Positions 48,325 to 58,182 of a DNA stretch of 64,000 nucleotides are shown piece by piece. The notes beneath the pieces are model-generated. The model had not been told where the DNA came from. It ran no database searches and saw nothing but the letters and a program-made list of their open reading frames with translations. The stretch lies in IMG/VR virus record IMGVR_UViG_3300025133_009407, positions 3,232 to 67,231 of that record; one strand, given 5' to 3'. Position 1 is the first letter of the stretch, and each line of letters starts with the position of its first letter. The position numbers and the translations under genes were made by a program. The stretch is from a virus.

Positions 48325-48744
48325 ATGAGAGCGCAAGATCCTCAACTTAGAGAATCTATAGAAGATGTCTGCACTTGGCTGTCTGCGAGAGGATACTCTA
48401 TAGACTTTGAGCGAAATGGAGAAGATGCTGTCTTCTTAGAATCTAAGCTTTTATCTGTTAGAAGCTCAAGGTCTCTTCGGGGCCAACTTTATACTCTTCT
48501 TCATGAGTGTGGGCATATTTTGATTCACGAATCTGATACCTTGGTAAATAGTGAAGAAGAAGTTTTAGAAGTATATAGTTCTAGATCTAAGATTCACAAA
48601 ACCTTTACCGTAATAGAGGAAATTGAGGCGTGGAAGCGGGGCCTTAGTCTCGCTGGAAGACTTGGAATAGAAATTAATAAAGTAAAATGGAATAAAGATG
48701 TTGCTAAAAGTATCATGGCCTATATGAAGTGGGCCGTAGGCTAA
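48325..48744 (+). CDS. HExxH metallopeptidase-like protein
   Basis: TLLHECGH followed by EEIEAW..G. Confidence 0.7.
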   Translation: MRAQDPQLRESIEDVCTWLSARGYSIDFERNGEDAVFLESKLLSVRSSRSLRGQLYTLLHECGHILIHESDTLVNSEEEVLEVYSSRSKIHKTFTVIEEIEAWKRGLSLAGRLGIEINKVKWNKDVAKSIMAYMKWAVG

Positions 48745-48962
48745 TTGTCAGCTTCTAGTTGCGGAGTTAAGATATAGGCTGCAACTAAACCTTCTTCAGA
48801 AACAGAGTTAACACTAGAGGAAAAATGAATAGTCTTTTGGTCTTTTATTAGTTTTTCTATAGCGGAGTTGATCTTTTTTAAAAGCTTCTCTTTGGCTTCA
48901 AGTTCTACTTCTATAACACAATCTAATTGAATTTCTACAAAATACTTATTACTTGTTTCCAT
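48741..48962 (-). CDS. Hypothetical protein
   Basis: 73-aa ORF with SD GGAG; convergent stop overlap. Confidence 0.55.
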   Translation of the reverse strand: METSNKYFVEIQLDCVIEVELEAKEKLLKKINSAIEKLIKDQKTIHFSSSVNSVSEEGLVAAYILTPQLEADN

Positions 48963-49077
48963 ACTAGCTCCAACTAAAGGTCTTTGTTGTACTTAGAATA
49001 TTCATAGAGAAAAAGGTGACAGCTCCAAAACGGAGGCTATCCTAATTGAGAACCCGCAGAGCATAAGGAAAATAAAA

Positions 49078-49596
49078 ATGGCTAACAGAAATGTGAAAAT
49101 AAAGTTACTAGAAGATGGGGCAGAGATCCCTACCAGAGCCCACCCAACAGATACGGGATATGATTTAAAGTTTATAGGAGTTCACAAGTTTGTTAATGAT
49201 GTGATCTATTTTAAGACAGGAATTTCGCTACAGCCTCCAAGCGGGTATTATTTTGAAATTGTGCCAAGAAGCAGCATTTCAAAGCTGCCTTTGGCTATGG
49301 CAAACTCTATTGGGATTATAGATGAATCCTATACCGGAGAAATTATGGCTCCAGTTCGAGTGATTCACTCAATAGAAACACAGGACTTTGCTTACAATAG
49401 TCATCCGAATGGAATAGTTAAGATCTTCGGTATGAGACCGCAAACAATGAAGGCCTTAGCTGATCTGATTATCAAAAATAAGCCAAGTTTATTCCAGGCA
49501 ATCTTGAAAAAGCGAAACAATTGCAACTTTGTGCTAGACGAATTAGAGGAGACTGAAAGGTCAGACGGAGGCTTCGGAAGCACAGATACCGAATAA
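49078..49596 (+). CDS. dut: Trimeric dUTPase
   Basis: TGYDL, PRSS, GIIDESYTGEI, R.DGGFGST. Confidence 0.93.
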   Translation: MANRNVKIKLLEDGAEIPTRAHPTDTGYDLKFIGVHKFVNDVIYFKTGISLQPPSGYYFEIVPRSSISKLPLAMANSIGIIDESYTGEIMAPVRVIHSIETQDFAYNSHPNGIVKIFGMRPQTMKALADLIIKNKPSLFQAILKKRNNCNFVLDELEETERSDGGFGSTDTE

Positions 49597-49656
49597 GCTA
49601 ATAAATATTGCTTTAATAGATGCAATACCTCTGCATAGGTTTGGAGGATCAAGAAA

Positions 49657-49854
49657 ATGGACGCTACTTTCGGTGACGCAATAGCTTACTACAGCTACTC
49701 AGACGATAACGAGTCAAGATTATTTATTGAATATATTTTATTAAAGTATTTTAATACTCAATCATTTTTTATGAAAATGCAAGAGGCCGCTCCTTACTTG
49801 GAAAAGGACGATAAGGAAATGCTTTTCAAAATTGCGAACAAAGTGAAGGCCTAA
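49657..49854 (+). CDS. Small hypothetical protein
   Basis: SD GGAGG; 65-aa ORF. Confidence 0.55.
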   Translation: MDATFGDAIAYYSYSDDNESRLFIEYILLKYFNTQSFFMKMQEAAPYLEKDDKEMLFKIANKVKA

Positions 49855-49879
49855 ACCTCTTTCAATAAACTTTATAATA

Positions 49880-49930
49880 ACCAACGGAAAAAGATCTGAA
49901 AAAAATATGGACAGATCTTTTTCCGTTGGT
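49880..49930. repeat. Perfect 19-bp inverted repeat with a 13-nt spacer upstream of topA
   Basis: ACCAACGGAAAAAGATCTG (49880-49898) / CAGATCTTTTTCCGTTGGT (49912-49930). Confidence 0.9.
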
Positions 49931-49935
49931 ATTAT
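49908..49935 (+). promoter_or_regulatory. Putative sigma70-type promoter of topA
   Basis: TGGACA-16 nt-TATTAT with an extended -10 TG; SD AAGGAG follows. Confidence 0.5.
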
Positions 49936-49956
49936 GTTGTCAACGAAGGAGCACAT

Positions 49957-52029
49957 ATGCCGCTAATTTTAATAGAATCCCCAAATAAAATCTCAAAGCT
50001 GAGAAGCATCTTGGGGCCCAACTATACAGTCATGGCCTCTGTAGGCCACATCATGGATCTTTCCAAAAAGAACATGGGAGTAGATCTCGATACTTTCGAG
50101 GCTACATACAAGGTAAACGTAGACAAAAAAGACATTGCCAAGAACATCAAGGCTGAAGCGAAGAATCACGATGTAATCTACATCGCCACAGACCCTGATA
50201 GAGAGGGCGAAGCCATCGCCTTTCACATAGCCACCCTTCTGCCCAAGCGAGGCGTTACAATCCACCGTGTGAGATTTAACGCCATTACCAAAGAGGCGGT
50301 CAAGAAGGCCATGAAGAACCCCGAGCAATTAGATAAGAATCTATATGATGCACAGCAGGCTAGGCGCATCACCGATAGGTTGGTTGGGTTTCGAGTCAGT
50401 CCCGTTATGTGGAATAAAGGTATGCGCGGAACGAGTGCTGGACGAGTTCAGTCTGTTGCTCTGAAGTTTGTAGCCGATAAGGAAAAAGACATAAAAGCAT
50501 TCGTTCCAAAAGAATATTGGACAATCTATGCAAAAACTTCTTTGGATTTTCCCGCAGACTTTTATGGAATAGACGGGAAAAACTTTGTTCCGTCTAACAA
50601 AGCTGAGTCTGACGATATCACCAAGGAGATGAAGGCTAACAGGGTGGACCTTGTCGTTTCTGAGTATCTGGCAAAACAGAGAAGTCGAAAGCCTTATCCT
50701 CCATTTATAACATCTACCATGCAGCAGTCTGCAAGCAACAGTTTGGGTTGGGGCGCGAAAAAGACGATGAGCGTAGCGCAGAGTCTATTCGGTCATGGGC
50801 TTATAACTTACCACAGAACAGACAGCACGCGAAGTGATCCTCAGAAAATTAAAGATTTGAGAGCAAAGATCACGAAGGATCATGGAAAGAATTATCTAGC
50901 TTCATCCGTACTTACTTACGGAGCTAAAGCTGGCGCACAGGATGCTCACGAAGCGATCCGCCCAACATATGATAAAGCTGTGTCTGTCCTTTCGAGTGAC
51001 GAGAAAAAGCTTTTAACTTTAATCGGTAATAGGTTCATGGCTTCCCAGATGGCTAATGCAAAATTTGATCAGGTTGCTCTAAAGTTGGAGTACAAAGGAA
51101 AGAAGAGAGTATTTAATTTTAAAAAGAATGGAAGTGCTCTAAAGTTTGACGGCTTCTTGAAGGTTTATGGGAATATCAAGGACGATGTGATCCTTCCATC
51201 TCTAACGGTTGGTGATAAAGTTGCCTGGGACGATGTGATCTCAGATCAGCATTTCACCAAGCCGCCTCCAAGATTCTCTGATGCTTCTATAATTAAGCTT
51301 TTGGAAAAAGAAGGCGTTGGACGACCAAGTACTTATGCTTCAATTCTGGATACACTATTAAAGAGGAAGTATATAACCCGAGACAAGAAGGCTTTGTGTG
51401 CATCCGAAATCGGAATCATGGTGTCGGACTATTTGTCGGCTAATTTTTCAAAAATAGTTGATGCGAAGTTTACATCGAGGATGGAATCCAATCTAGACAA
51501 TATAGCCGCAGGAAAGATGCCCTATAAGGATCTTTTAACTGACTTCAACGGTAAGCTTGATGACCAGCTAAAAGCGGCAACTCAGGCAGGCCCTCCTGAC
51601 ACATTTATTTTGGATATCCAATGTCCAAAATGTTCTAGTAAGCAGATGGGTAAAAAGATATCGAAGCATGGAGTCTTCATTTCCTGTGTAACATGGCCAA
51701 AGTGTGATGGAACTTTATCCCTAGATGGAAAAGCGAAAGCAGTTGCGGTTGAGACTGGTCATAAATGTCCTAAGTGCGCGAATATTCTGGTAGAAAGGAA
51801 AAGTAAGACAGGTCTCTTTCTTGGCTGTAAGGCCTATCCGTCATGCAAATATTCTGCATCTATAGATGAGGATGGAAACCCGATTGAGAAAAAGAAATCT
51901 ACAGCCAAAAAGACTGGAGACAAATGTCCCAAGTGTAAGAAGGGCGACATGTTAGAGCGTAAATCGAAATTTGGGAAATTCGCTGGCTGTTCCAGATACC
52001 CAAAGTGTAAGCAAACTATAAAAATCTAG
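49957..52029 (+). CDS. topA: Type IA DNA topoisomerase with C-terminal zinc ribbons
   Basis: IESP.K, ATDPDREGEAIA, SAGRVQS, LITYHRTDS, QDAHEAIRP, GVGRPSTY; three C4 ribbons. Confidence 0.96.
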   Translation: MPLILIESPNKISKLRSILGPNYTVMASVGHIMDLSKKNMGVDLDTFEATYKVNVDKKDIAKNIKAEAKNHDVIYIATDPDREGEAIAFHIATLLPKRGVTIHRVRFNAITKEAVKKAMKNPEQLDKNLYDAQQARRITDRLVGFRVSPVMWNKGMRGTSAGRVQSVALKFVADKEKDIKAFVPKEYWTIYAKTSLDFPADFYGIDGKNFVPSNKAESDDITKEMKANRVDLVVSEYLAKQRSRKPYPPFITSTMQQSASNSLGWGAKKTMSVAQSLFGHGLITYHRTDSTRSDPQKIKDLRAKITKDHGKNYLASSVLTYGAKAGAQDAHEAIRPTYDKAVSVLSSDEKKLLTLIGNRFMASQMANAKFDQVALKLEYKGKKRVFNFKKNGSALKFDGFLKVYGNIKDDVILPSLTVGDKVAWDDVISDQHFTKPPPRFSDASIIKLLEKEGVGRPSTYASILDTLLKRKYITRDKKALCASEIGIMVSDYLSANFSKIVDAKFTSRMESNLDNIAAGKMPYKDLLTDFNGKLDDQLKAATQAGPPDTFILDIQCPKCSSKQMGKKISKHGVFISCVTWPKCDGTLSLDGKAKAVAVETGHKCPKCANILVERKSKTGLFLGCKAYPSCKYSASIDEDGNPIEKKKSTAKKTGDKCPKCKKGDMLERKSKFGKFAGCSRYPKCKQTIKI

Positions 52030-52044
52030 CAATATTATTTCAAT

Positions 52045-52085
52045 GGATAGTATGGTGAAACTTCAATAACATAACCATACTATCC
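52045..52085 (+). promoter_or_regulatory. 12-bp perfect hairpin abutting the RBS of the HNH gene
   Basis: GGATAGTATGGT / ACCATACTATCC, immediately followed by GGAGG. Confidence 0.65.
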
Positions 52086-52094
52086 GGAGGAAAT

Positions 52095-52880
52095 ATGAGT
52101 AAGATTTGTAATAAGTGCAATGTAGAAAAACCAATAACTGAGTTTGCTTTAAGAAAAGAAATCGGAAAGAAGGGAGCATATACAAGGCCTAGAGCTGATT
52201 GCAAAAAGTGTGTGGCGAAGAGATCAAGAGAGTATATTAGAAAAAAGAAAGAAGCAATTATAGCGCGCGGTGGGCATGACTATAATATAATTTATCAAAA
52301 TTATTTTAATTGTCCAAAATGTAATTTGAATAAGTTGGGCAAATTCTTTTATAAAACACAGGAGCATAAAACTGGGCTAAGTGTATACTGTAAGGCATGT
52401 GATAAAAAATATGCCAGAGATAGAACATTCGCTAGGAAGCACGAGTATACAGAGGCGCAATTAGCCTCCATAAAAAGAGAGTGCAAGTCTTGCGAGGAAA
52501 TAAGACCACTAAAAGATTATCATAGGGCTCGAACAAAATTAGGAAGAAAGCTTTGTTGCAAGTTCTGTACGAATAAGGAGAATCAGAAAAGAAGGAATAC
52601 GAAGAAGGGCCGATTGGGCGTTTATAAGGAAGCGGCAAGAGGCAGAAAAATAGAGTGGAAGCTTTCTGATAAGGAATTCTTTTCGTTTTGGCAATCGGAT
52701 TGCTCTTACTGTGGAGATAAGATAGAGACAATCGGGGTTGACCGAGTTGATAACACAAGGTCATACTCTGTAGATAATGTGCGCTCATGCTGTATTATTT
52801 GCAATAGAATGAAAATGGCTATGGGCCTCGATGAGTGGTTTTCTCACATGAAGAAGATTATAAATAAGCAGGATAAATAA
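52095..52880 (+). mobile_element. HNH-type homing endonuclease with three N-terminal CxxC repeats
   Basis: CNKC..EKP..EF repeats; CSYCG..GVDRVDN..YSVDNVRSCCIICNRMK. Confidence 0.82.
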
Positions 52881-52881
52881 T

Positions 52882-53136
52882 ATGAAAGTTAAAGCAAAGT
52901 GCGGCCACAGCGAAGATGTCCCTCCCTATTTTCTTGATGAGCTTGAATCGTGCCGCTCTTGTCACGGAAAAGAGTCGTGGGAGGGAGTAGTACGAGGAGA
53001 GCCTGTAGGTCAGAAAACTCAGCGACTAAGAGTGCCGGGTGGCTGGCTATACAGGACTATAATGGGCAATGCAGGCCGCACTCCTGTCGCGATGGTATTT
53101 GTTCCAGAGCTAGTTGAAGATGAGAAGGAAGAATAA
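52882..53136 (+). CDS. Small hypothetical phage protein
   Basis: Ends RLRVPGGWLYR...MVFVP; part of the tightly packed array. Confidence 0.7.
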   Translation: MKVKAKCGHSEDVPPYFLDELESCRSCHGKESWEGVVRGEPVGQKTQRLRVPGGWLYRTIMGNAGRTPVAMVFVPELVEDEKEE

Positions 53137-53664
53137 ATGGAAGATATTTCAGAAGAGACTAGAAGTAGCATTGCAAGGCGGTCGCGTGAAGATGCCGAAC
53201 GTAGGGCAAATGTTGAGATTAAAAATCTAAGAGCTGATCTCGCTGAAGCTCAAGAGAGGGCGGCTACCCTCAAGAGGGCGCTAGAAGAAGAGTGTGCTCG
53301 CGCAGATGAGTATGCAGAAACTATCAACGCATTAGAGGGGCATCCCCAGGAGGTGTCTGTGCTTATTCAGCGTCTACAGCGCGATCTTGAAGCGGCACAG
53401 GTTAGAGAGCAGGCTAATTTAGAATGGGGAGAGGCTTTAAACGTTCTTCACGATGAAGTTAAATCTCGACTATTAACAACAGAAGCATGGCTTAAGGCCG
53501 ACGCTGAAGATATAGACCATGTTGCTATGCTAGAATCACAGAATAAAAAATTAAGGGATGCTCTTGAAGAGCAACTTTGTCATCAACATGTTCGTCCGCA
53601 TTGTAGCCCATGGAATTGTAAAATTTGTGCCGCTCATGCAAAAGTCCTTAAGGATCCAAAATGA
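53137..53664 (+). CDS. Coiled-coil hypothetical protein with a C-terminal Cys/His cluster
   Basis: Heptad-like composition; CHQH..HC..CKIC. Confidence 0.7.
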   Translation: MEDISEETRSSIARRSREDAERRANVEIKNLRADLAEAQERAATLKRALEEECARADEYAETINALEGHPQEVSVLIQRLQRDLEAAQVREQANLEWGEALNVLHDEVKSRLLTTEAWLKADAEDIDHVAMLESQNKKLRDALEEQLCHQHVRPHCSPWNCKICAAHAKVLKDPK

Positions 53665-53924
53665 GTAACGAAACAATAAAGCCTATTAGTAAATTTGATC
53701 TTATTTTAATTTCAAGTAATGCTAAAGTTCATCTTATTCAGCGAGGATATAGGTGTGATAGAAATAAGGTTGCAGAGTTGCTCAAGCATTTTGATGAGAG
53801 GCTACCGATTGGCTCAGTGATTACTACTACTGATCGCGCATTTAAAGTTACGACCAGACTCGAAGGCGACCTTCTTGCCTTCGTTCCTCACCCTTATGAC
53901 GTGCCAGAGCTTACAGGCACATAA
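53661..53924 (+). CDS. Hypothetical protein
   Basis: ATGA-coupled ORF in the array. Confidence 0.6.
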   Translation: MSNETIKPISKFDLILISSNAKVHLIQRGYRCDRNKVAELLKHFDERLPIGSVITTTDRAFKVTTRLEGDLLAFVPHPYDVPELTGT

Positions 53925-53948
53925 ATACCTAAATAATAAGGAGATATT

Positions 53949-54347
53949 ATGACTCAAATTACTCCAGCAGAAGCGAAACGGTTGCATGCAGAGCACCGAC
54001 CCAAACCCTCATCCCTCCAGGCTCAAGAGGCCGAGGAGATGTGGCTTGCAGAAATTAAAAAGGGGGCAGAGGAGGGTGACGATTCTGCTCATATGCCTTA
54101 TAGTAATGCCGAATGGAGTAGAGCATCAAGGTTTGTAAAAGATGCGACAGCTCGTAGGATTGAGAAGCTGGGATTTCATGTTGCTCATATTGGTAATGGA
54201 AATTTCTTTGTCCGATTTTCCCCTTCATTTGGAGAGCGAATCGGAGAGAGGCTAATTGGAACCACAAAAAGAGCATTAGCAACAACAGCGGTGATTTATA
54301 TAGCCTATGCAGTAATTTTTATTTTAGGATTATGGCCACTATGGTAA
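53949..54347 (+). CDS. Hypothetical protein with a C-terminal TM helix
   Basis: SD AGGAG; hydrophobic C-terminus. Confidence 0.7.
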   Translation: MTQITPAEAKRLHAEHRPKPSSLQAQEAEEMWLAEIKKGAEEGDDSAHMPYSNAEWSRASRFVKDATARRIEKLGFHVAHIGNGNFFVRFSPSFGERIGERLIGTTKRALATTAVIYIAYAVIFILGLWPLW

Positions 54348-54351
54348 TGTC

Positions 54352-54690
54352 ATGAGCACAGAAATGGAGAAGGAAGAGATCCTCTTTGAGTTTGATGGAT
54401 CTCAGGGAGCGGGATGTACCATTGAGAGTTCTGGCCCAGAGATTAAATGTCTTAGGCTGATAGCAAAAAGAATTCCCGACACTCCTTATTCGACAACATC
54501 AATTGCTGGAAGCCTTTATGCCTATAATGAGTATCCGAGTGGAAACGGATTTCATCCATTTAATATCAAAGTAGAATCTTATAAGATTAAACATAAATGC
54601 ATACTCTCATTTGATATATTAGGAGTTAGACTTCATAAGAGTGGCCAATTTATTGCAATGGGACTAACACAACGGAGAAACAGATCATGA
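54352..54690 (+). CDS. Hypothetical protein
   Basis: ORF in the packed array. Confidence 0.6.
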   Translation: MSTEMEKEEILFEFDGSQGAGCTIESSGPEIKCLRLIAKRIPDTPYSTTSIAGSLYAYNEYPSGNGFHPFNIKVESYKIKHKCILSFDILGVRLHKSGQFIAMGLTQRRNRS

Positions 54691-54920
54691 CTGATAATGA
54701 ATTTGATGACTGGTTGCTGCAGGCGCGACAACTCTTATCTAGAGTGGCCAAAGGCCATGACCTTTGGTGCGATACGGGATTTTCTTTTGAGGGTAGCGGA
54801 GCTTGTAATTGCCGCTTGCCATCGGACCATCAGAGAGCAAAGAATTTAGCCTACCTTTTGCTTCCAGAGATGATTAAGAGATTAGATTCTAAGGAGAAAA
54901 CAGATGACTTGGAACCATAG
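54687..54920 (+). CDS. Hypothetical protein
   Basis: ATGA-coupled; H..C...CNC motif. Confidence 0.6.
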   Translation: MTDNEFDDWLLQARQLLSRVAKGHDLWCDTGFSFEGSGACNCRLPSDHQRAKNLAYLLLPEMIKRLDSKEKTDDLEP

Positions 54921-55131
54921 AGTAATCAGCCGAGAAGGACAAGATGAACTCGCTATACACGAGGTTTATTATGATGAGGATGGCGAACCCAATATGGTAA
55001 CGAACGATGCTGTCGGAATTTATGGCGAGACTGTAGAGGAGTTGAGGGAGACTCTAGAACGAATGCTAAAGTCTCTTGAGGCGCCAAAGCTGGCCTTTGA
55101 ATCATTCGGGCAACCGGTAGAGGGAAGATAA
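54904..55131 (+). CDS. Small hypothetical phage protein
   Basis: MTWNHRV..AIHEVYYDEDG.P pattern; SD AGGAG. Confidence 0.75.
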   Translation: MTWNHRVISREGQDELAIHEVYYDEDGEPNMVTNDAVGIYGETVEELRETLERMLKSLEAPKLAFESFGQPVEGR

Positions 55132-55568
55132 TGCATAATTCGGCGCCATGCACTACTTGCAAGGGCCGAGGAATCATAATGGTAGCAAGCTCTTGTGGTT
55201 TGTTTTACAGTCATCATGAAACTCCGATGCCATGCCCTAAGTGCGCGGATTTTATGATATCCGCAGAAAAACCACAAGTAATAAAGGAAGAAATTATGGA
55301 CCAAAGAAAAACAAAGAAGTATGTAAATACAGGTTTTGAAGAAACATTAGAGGCAGTTAAAGAGCGCAGACAGGGAATTCGAAATGCAGCCAGACAGTGG
55401 TCGCTTTTAGTTTGGCTTCTATCTGATGAATCTAGAGCTATAAGCGAAGACGCGTCAGACTTAACCCGACAACTTATCCTTGTGGCTAGATCTAACAATT
55501 ACCAAGAGATAGCCGAAATGATATCATTTGTAAAAGAATCGGCAAAAGAAGAGGATAAGAGATCGTGA
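55131..55568 (+). CDS. Hypothetical protein with N-terminal CxxCxGxG / CPKC zinc finger
   Basis: CTTCKGRG...CPKC; coupled start. Confidence 0.6.
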   Translation: MHNSAPCTTCKGRGIIMVASSCGLFYSHHETPMPCPKCADFMISAEKPQVIKEEIMDQRKTKKYVNTGFEETLEAVKERRQGIRNAARQWSLLVWLLSDESRAISEDASDLTRQLILVARSNNYQEIAEMISFVKESAKEEDKRS

Positions 55569-55966
55569 TGCTAGAGTTTGACGAAAAGGCCTTTGCTCTA
55601 GCAGAAAAAGCTATTGCATGCAAGAATTGGCGCTGGACGCCCGGAATGAAGGCTGGAGTTCCAGATAGTTGGTATCGCGCGTGTGATCAGCCGGAAACTA
55701 TTTACTGGCATGGAGAGACTAATGGCGGTTGGACGACTATAGTTGAGGATAATTGGATCCCAGACTTTAGGGACGCAGCCACTTTAGGCTGTTTGTTGGA
55801 AATAGTTAGAGAAATCTCTGGCGACCCTTGGCTTTATGTTTATGTTAGGTCTAGAGCAGATGGATCGGAGTCAGAGTGGACAGGAACCCTCTGGGATGAT
55901 CGTTTCTCTGCGGACAGCGAAGAAGCTGTCCTTATAAAAATGTTGGAAGCGTTGAATGAGTCGTAA
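55565..55966 (+). CDS. Hypothetical phage protein
   Basis: Trp-rich; PDFRDAATLGCLL..VRE; coupled start. Confidence 0.7.
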   Translation: MMLEFDEKAFALAEKAIACKNWRWTPGMKAGVPDSWYRACDQPETIYWHGETNGGWTTIVEDNWIPDFRDAATLGCLLEIVREISGDPWLYVYVRSRADGSESEWTGTLWDDRFSADSEEAVLIKMLEALNES

Positions 55967-55980
55967 AAAAGGAATATATA

Positions 55981-56451
55981 ATGAGCAGACACACACGTAA
56001 GCCGATATCTCCAACGATGAAAAGAAAGTTTGAACGAGCCGGATGTACATTTAAGGAGCATCCAAAAGAAGAGCATTTCAAGAAAATGAGCGGTCCTGAT
56101 TCGATTGGTCTTGGATCTTGTTGCTTTGGGCCAGATGACGGTTTTGTCGGAGTCGAAAGTCAAGGTGATCACTTTAGGTGGTTAGCTAGAATGGGAATTT
56201 TTGCTCCGCTTAAGTCTGATCCTGAGCATAACTCAGCAAGCATAGGGCTTATTACTAAAGGTGAGAATTTTGGTAAGTGGGCAGGGTGGTCTCATCGAGC
56301 TGTTATGGTGTTTGGAGAGGGAGATCTCTTGTTTGAGGAAAAGTACGTCTTGACGGATGATACTTTGTGGCGTGATGCGGGCAGAGTTGTAATAAAAACA
56401 GAAGAACAGACAAAGCAAGCTGCCATTAATTTTTCAGGATATGTATCCTAG
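55981..56451 (+). CDS. Hypothetical phage protein
   Basis: SD AGGA; SIG..KWAGWSHRA motif. Confidence 0.7.
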   Translation: MSRHTRKPISPTMKRKFERAGCTFKEHPKEEHFKKMSGPDSIGLGSCCFGPDDGFVGVESQGDHFRWLARMGIFAPLKSDPEHNSASIGLITKGENFGKWAGWSHRAVMVFGEGDLLFEEKYVLTDDTLWRDAGRVVIKTEEQTKQAAINFSGYVS

Positions 56452-56459
56452 GATCTAAT

Positions 56460-57128
56460 ATGATGAATGAAAATGATTTATGTGTCCCGCCTTGGGCAGA
56501 CGGATGTACTGAAGATGGACTTGAGTCGAAAAAGTATTATTGTGCATGGGGAATTTGCGAAGAGGTTGGCGAGATTTTTCTGAAGAAAGGGGATTGGGGA
56601 GCTTACTATCGCAAGCCTGATGGTTGGGAGCGCCACGGGAAATGGCTTGTCTGCAAAAAGCATTCTGCCGAAACAAAAAAGTATACAGATGCAGCACAAA
56701 TAGCCCGAAGAGAACAATATAGATTAGAAAGAGAGCGTAAACAAAAAGGAGGAGACGCCCAAGCTTTATTGATGGAGTGGGATAAGAAGAATCCATCACC
56801 CAAACTTCCAAAGTGGGCAAGCGGAAGGTGCCCCAGCGAAAGCGTGATGCACATTCGACGTGTGATATGTCGAGGATGTGGGGTTGTCGCTGAGATTGCT
56901 CGGAAAGAAAATACTCCTCCAAGACATCCATGGGAGAACAGAGCTAACTGCTGGCCTACGTGTCCAGACTGTAAGGATAGATTGGATAAGACCTGGGGAG
57001 TAGAGTACTCTGAGTGGATGAAGTGCAGAGAGCCTTACGTTGATGCAATTCGAAAAGCAATGGGGGAAAAGGTTTCAAAGACATGGTGGAAGGAGTCGTT
57101 AAAGTCCCTCTTCGGAAAGAACAAATGA
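56460..57128 (+). CDS. Hypothetical Cys/Trp-rich protein
   Basis: Multiple CxxC pairs; part of the array. Confidence 0.65.
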   Translation: MMNENDLCVPPWADGCTEDGLESKKYYCAWGICEEVGEIFLKKGDWGAYYRKPDGWERHGKWLVCKKHSAETKKYTDAAQIARREQYRLERERKQKGGDAQALLMEWDKKNPSPKLPKWASGRCPSESVMHIRRVICRGCGVVAEIARKENTPPRHPWENRANCWPTCPDCKDRLDKTWGVEYSEWMKCREPYVDAIRKAMGEKVSKTWWKESLKSLFGKNK

Positions 57129-57448
57129 AAACATTAACAGAAGTACATGAGGAAATGGAAGAGAAGGATCGATTACGCACAGAAAAATTAGAGATGAATA
57201 GAGATATTCTTTTAAAGAAATCAGAAGAAATTCTACCACTTGATGGGAGAGAAAAACACAAAGAAATTTATAGGAGAACTTTAAGCTCTAATGATTTTAA
57301 AAGAACTCCCAATCTGATGCTGCTAGTTGCTTGCGATAATTGCGGAACAGAGCTTATCGATAAAAGTGCTGGTTCCATAAAGGGTTATCCGCCCAAGAAG
57401 CATGTAGTTTGTGTCGGATGCGGTTTTAGTGGTTACCTGAGGGTATAA
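57125..57448 (+). CDS. Hypothetical zinc-ribbon protein
   Basis: CDNCG...CVGCGF; start placed at ATG 57125 (ATGA overlap). Confidence 0.65.
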   Translation: MKTLTEVHEEMEEKDRLRTEKLEMNRDILLKKSEEILPLDGREKHKEIYRRTLSSNDFKRTPNLMLLVACDNCGTELIDKSAGSIKGYPPKKHVVCVGCGFSGYLRV

Positions 57449-57450
57449 TA

Positions 57451-57846
57451 ATGTTTGACAAAGTAGAGTTATGGCGAACAGAAGATGAAACCGGAATCTC
57501 TGGAACAGGAAGAGTTGCTGAAGGCGTAAGGTTTAGTGATGGAAAAATTGTTTTAAGATGGATGACTGATACTAGGTCTACATGCTTCTATGATTCCTTT
57601 TCTGATGTTATGACAATTCATGGTCATGGCGGAAAAACAAAACTAAAGGTTTGCGGAACTCCTTGGGAGCGCGGAAGAAGAGATGCCATACAAGATAACC
57701 TTGAGAACGCTCCGTTCGGATCTGTTCGCGGAACAAGATCGGAGAATCCAGTAAAAAGAAAGGACTGGGTAAAGCCTGATTGGATAGCGATGAGTGAACT
57801 CACAGCATACTTTGCAGGATATGAGGCTCAGTGTAATTCAATTTAA
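57451..57846 (+). CDS. Hypothetical phage protein
   Basis: R.EDETGISGTG.VAEGV.FSDG..VLRW...HGHGG.T pattern. Confidence 0.75.
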   Translation: MFDKVELWRTEDETGISGTGRVAEGVRFSDGKIVLRWMTDTRSTCFYDSFSDVMTIHGHGGKTKLKVCGTPWERGRRDAIQDNLENAPFGSVRGTRSENPVKRKDWVKPDWIAMSELTAYFAGYEAQCNSI

Positions 57847-57872
57847 CTCCCGATAACGTTAGAGCGGTAGTT

Positions 57873-58181
57873 ATGAAACTTCAGGAGCATCAGATAGAAG
57901 AAGCTCATGCTGCCCTTGATCGAGAGAATATTCCTCGTTGTCATCCAGATGATGAAGACACGATGATTGGGTTTACTCTAAAGAAACGAATACAATTACT
58001 GGTGAAACAGAAAGAATTAGAGAATAAAGAGAGTCTTCCCGATCTTACCGCAAAGGCTTGTGCTGAAGCTCTAAGAGAAATTGCTTCAAGATTTGATGGT
58101 GATCATTATCTTTGGCCAACCGCAGAGATCTCAAGGTGGCTGCGTGCCAAAGCAAGCTCACTTAGCCCAATAGGAGAGTAG
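57873..58181 (+). CDS. Hypothetical protein
   Basis: ORF in the packed array. Confidence 0.6.
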   Translation: MKLQEHQIEEAHAALDRENIPRCHPDDEDTMIGFTLKKRIQLLVKQKELENKESLPDLTAKACAEALREIASRFDGDHYLWPTAEISRWLRAKASSLSPIGE

Positions 58182-58182
58182 C

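Noticed and set aside
49957-50370. Apparent C-rich codon usage at the 5' ends of topA and the NTase gene
   Set aside because: This is an impression only and could not be quantified without computation.
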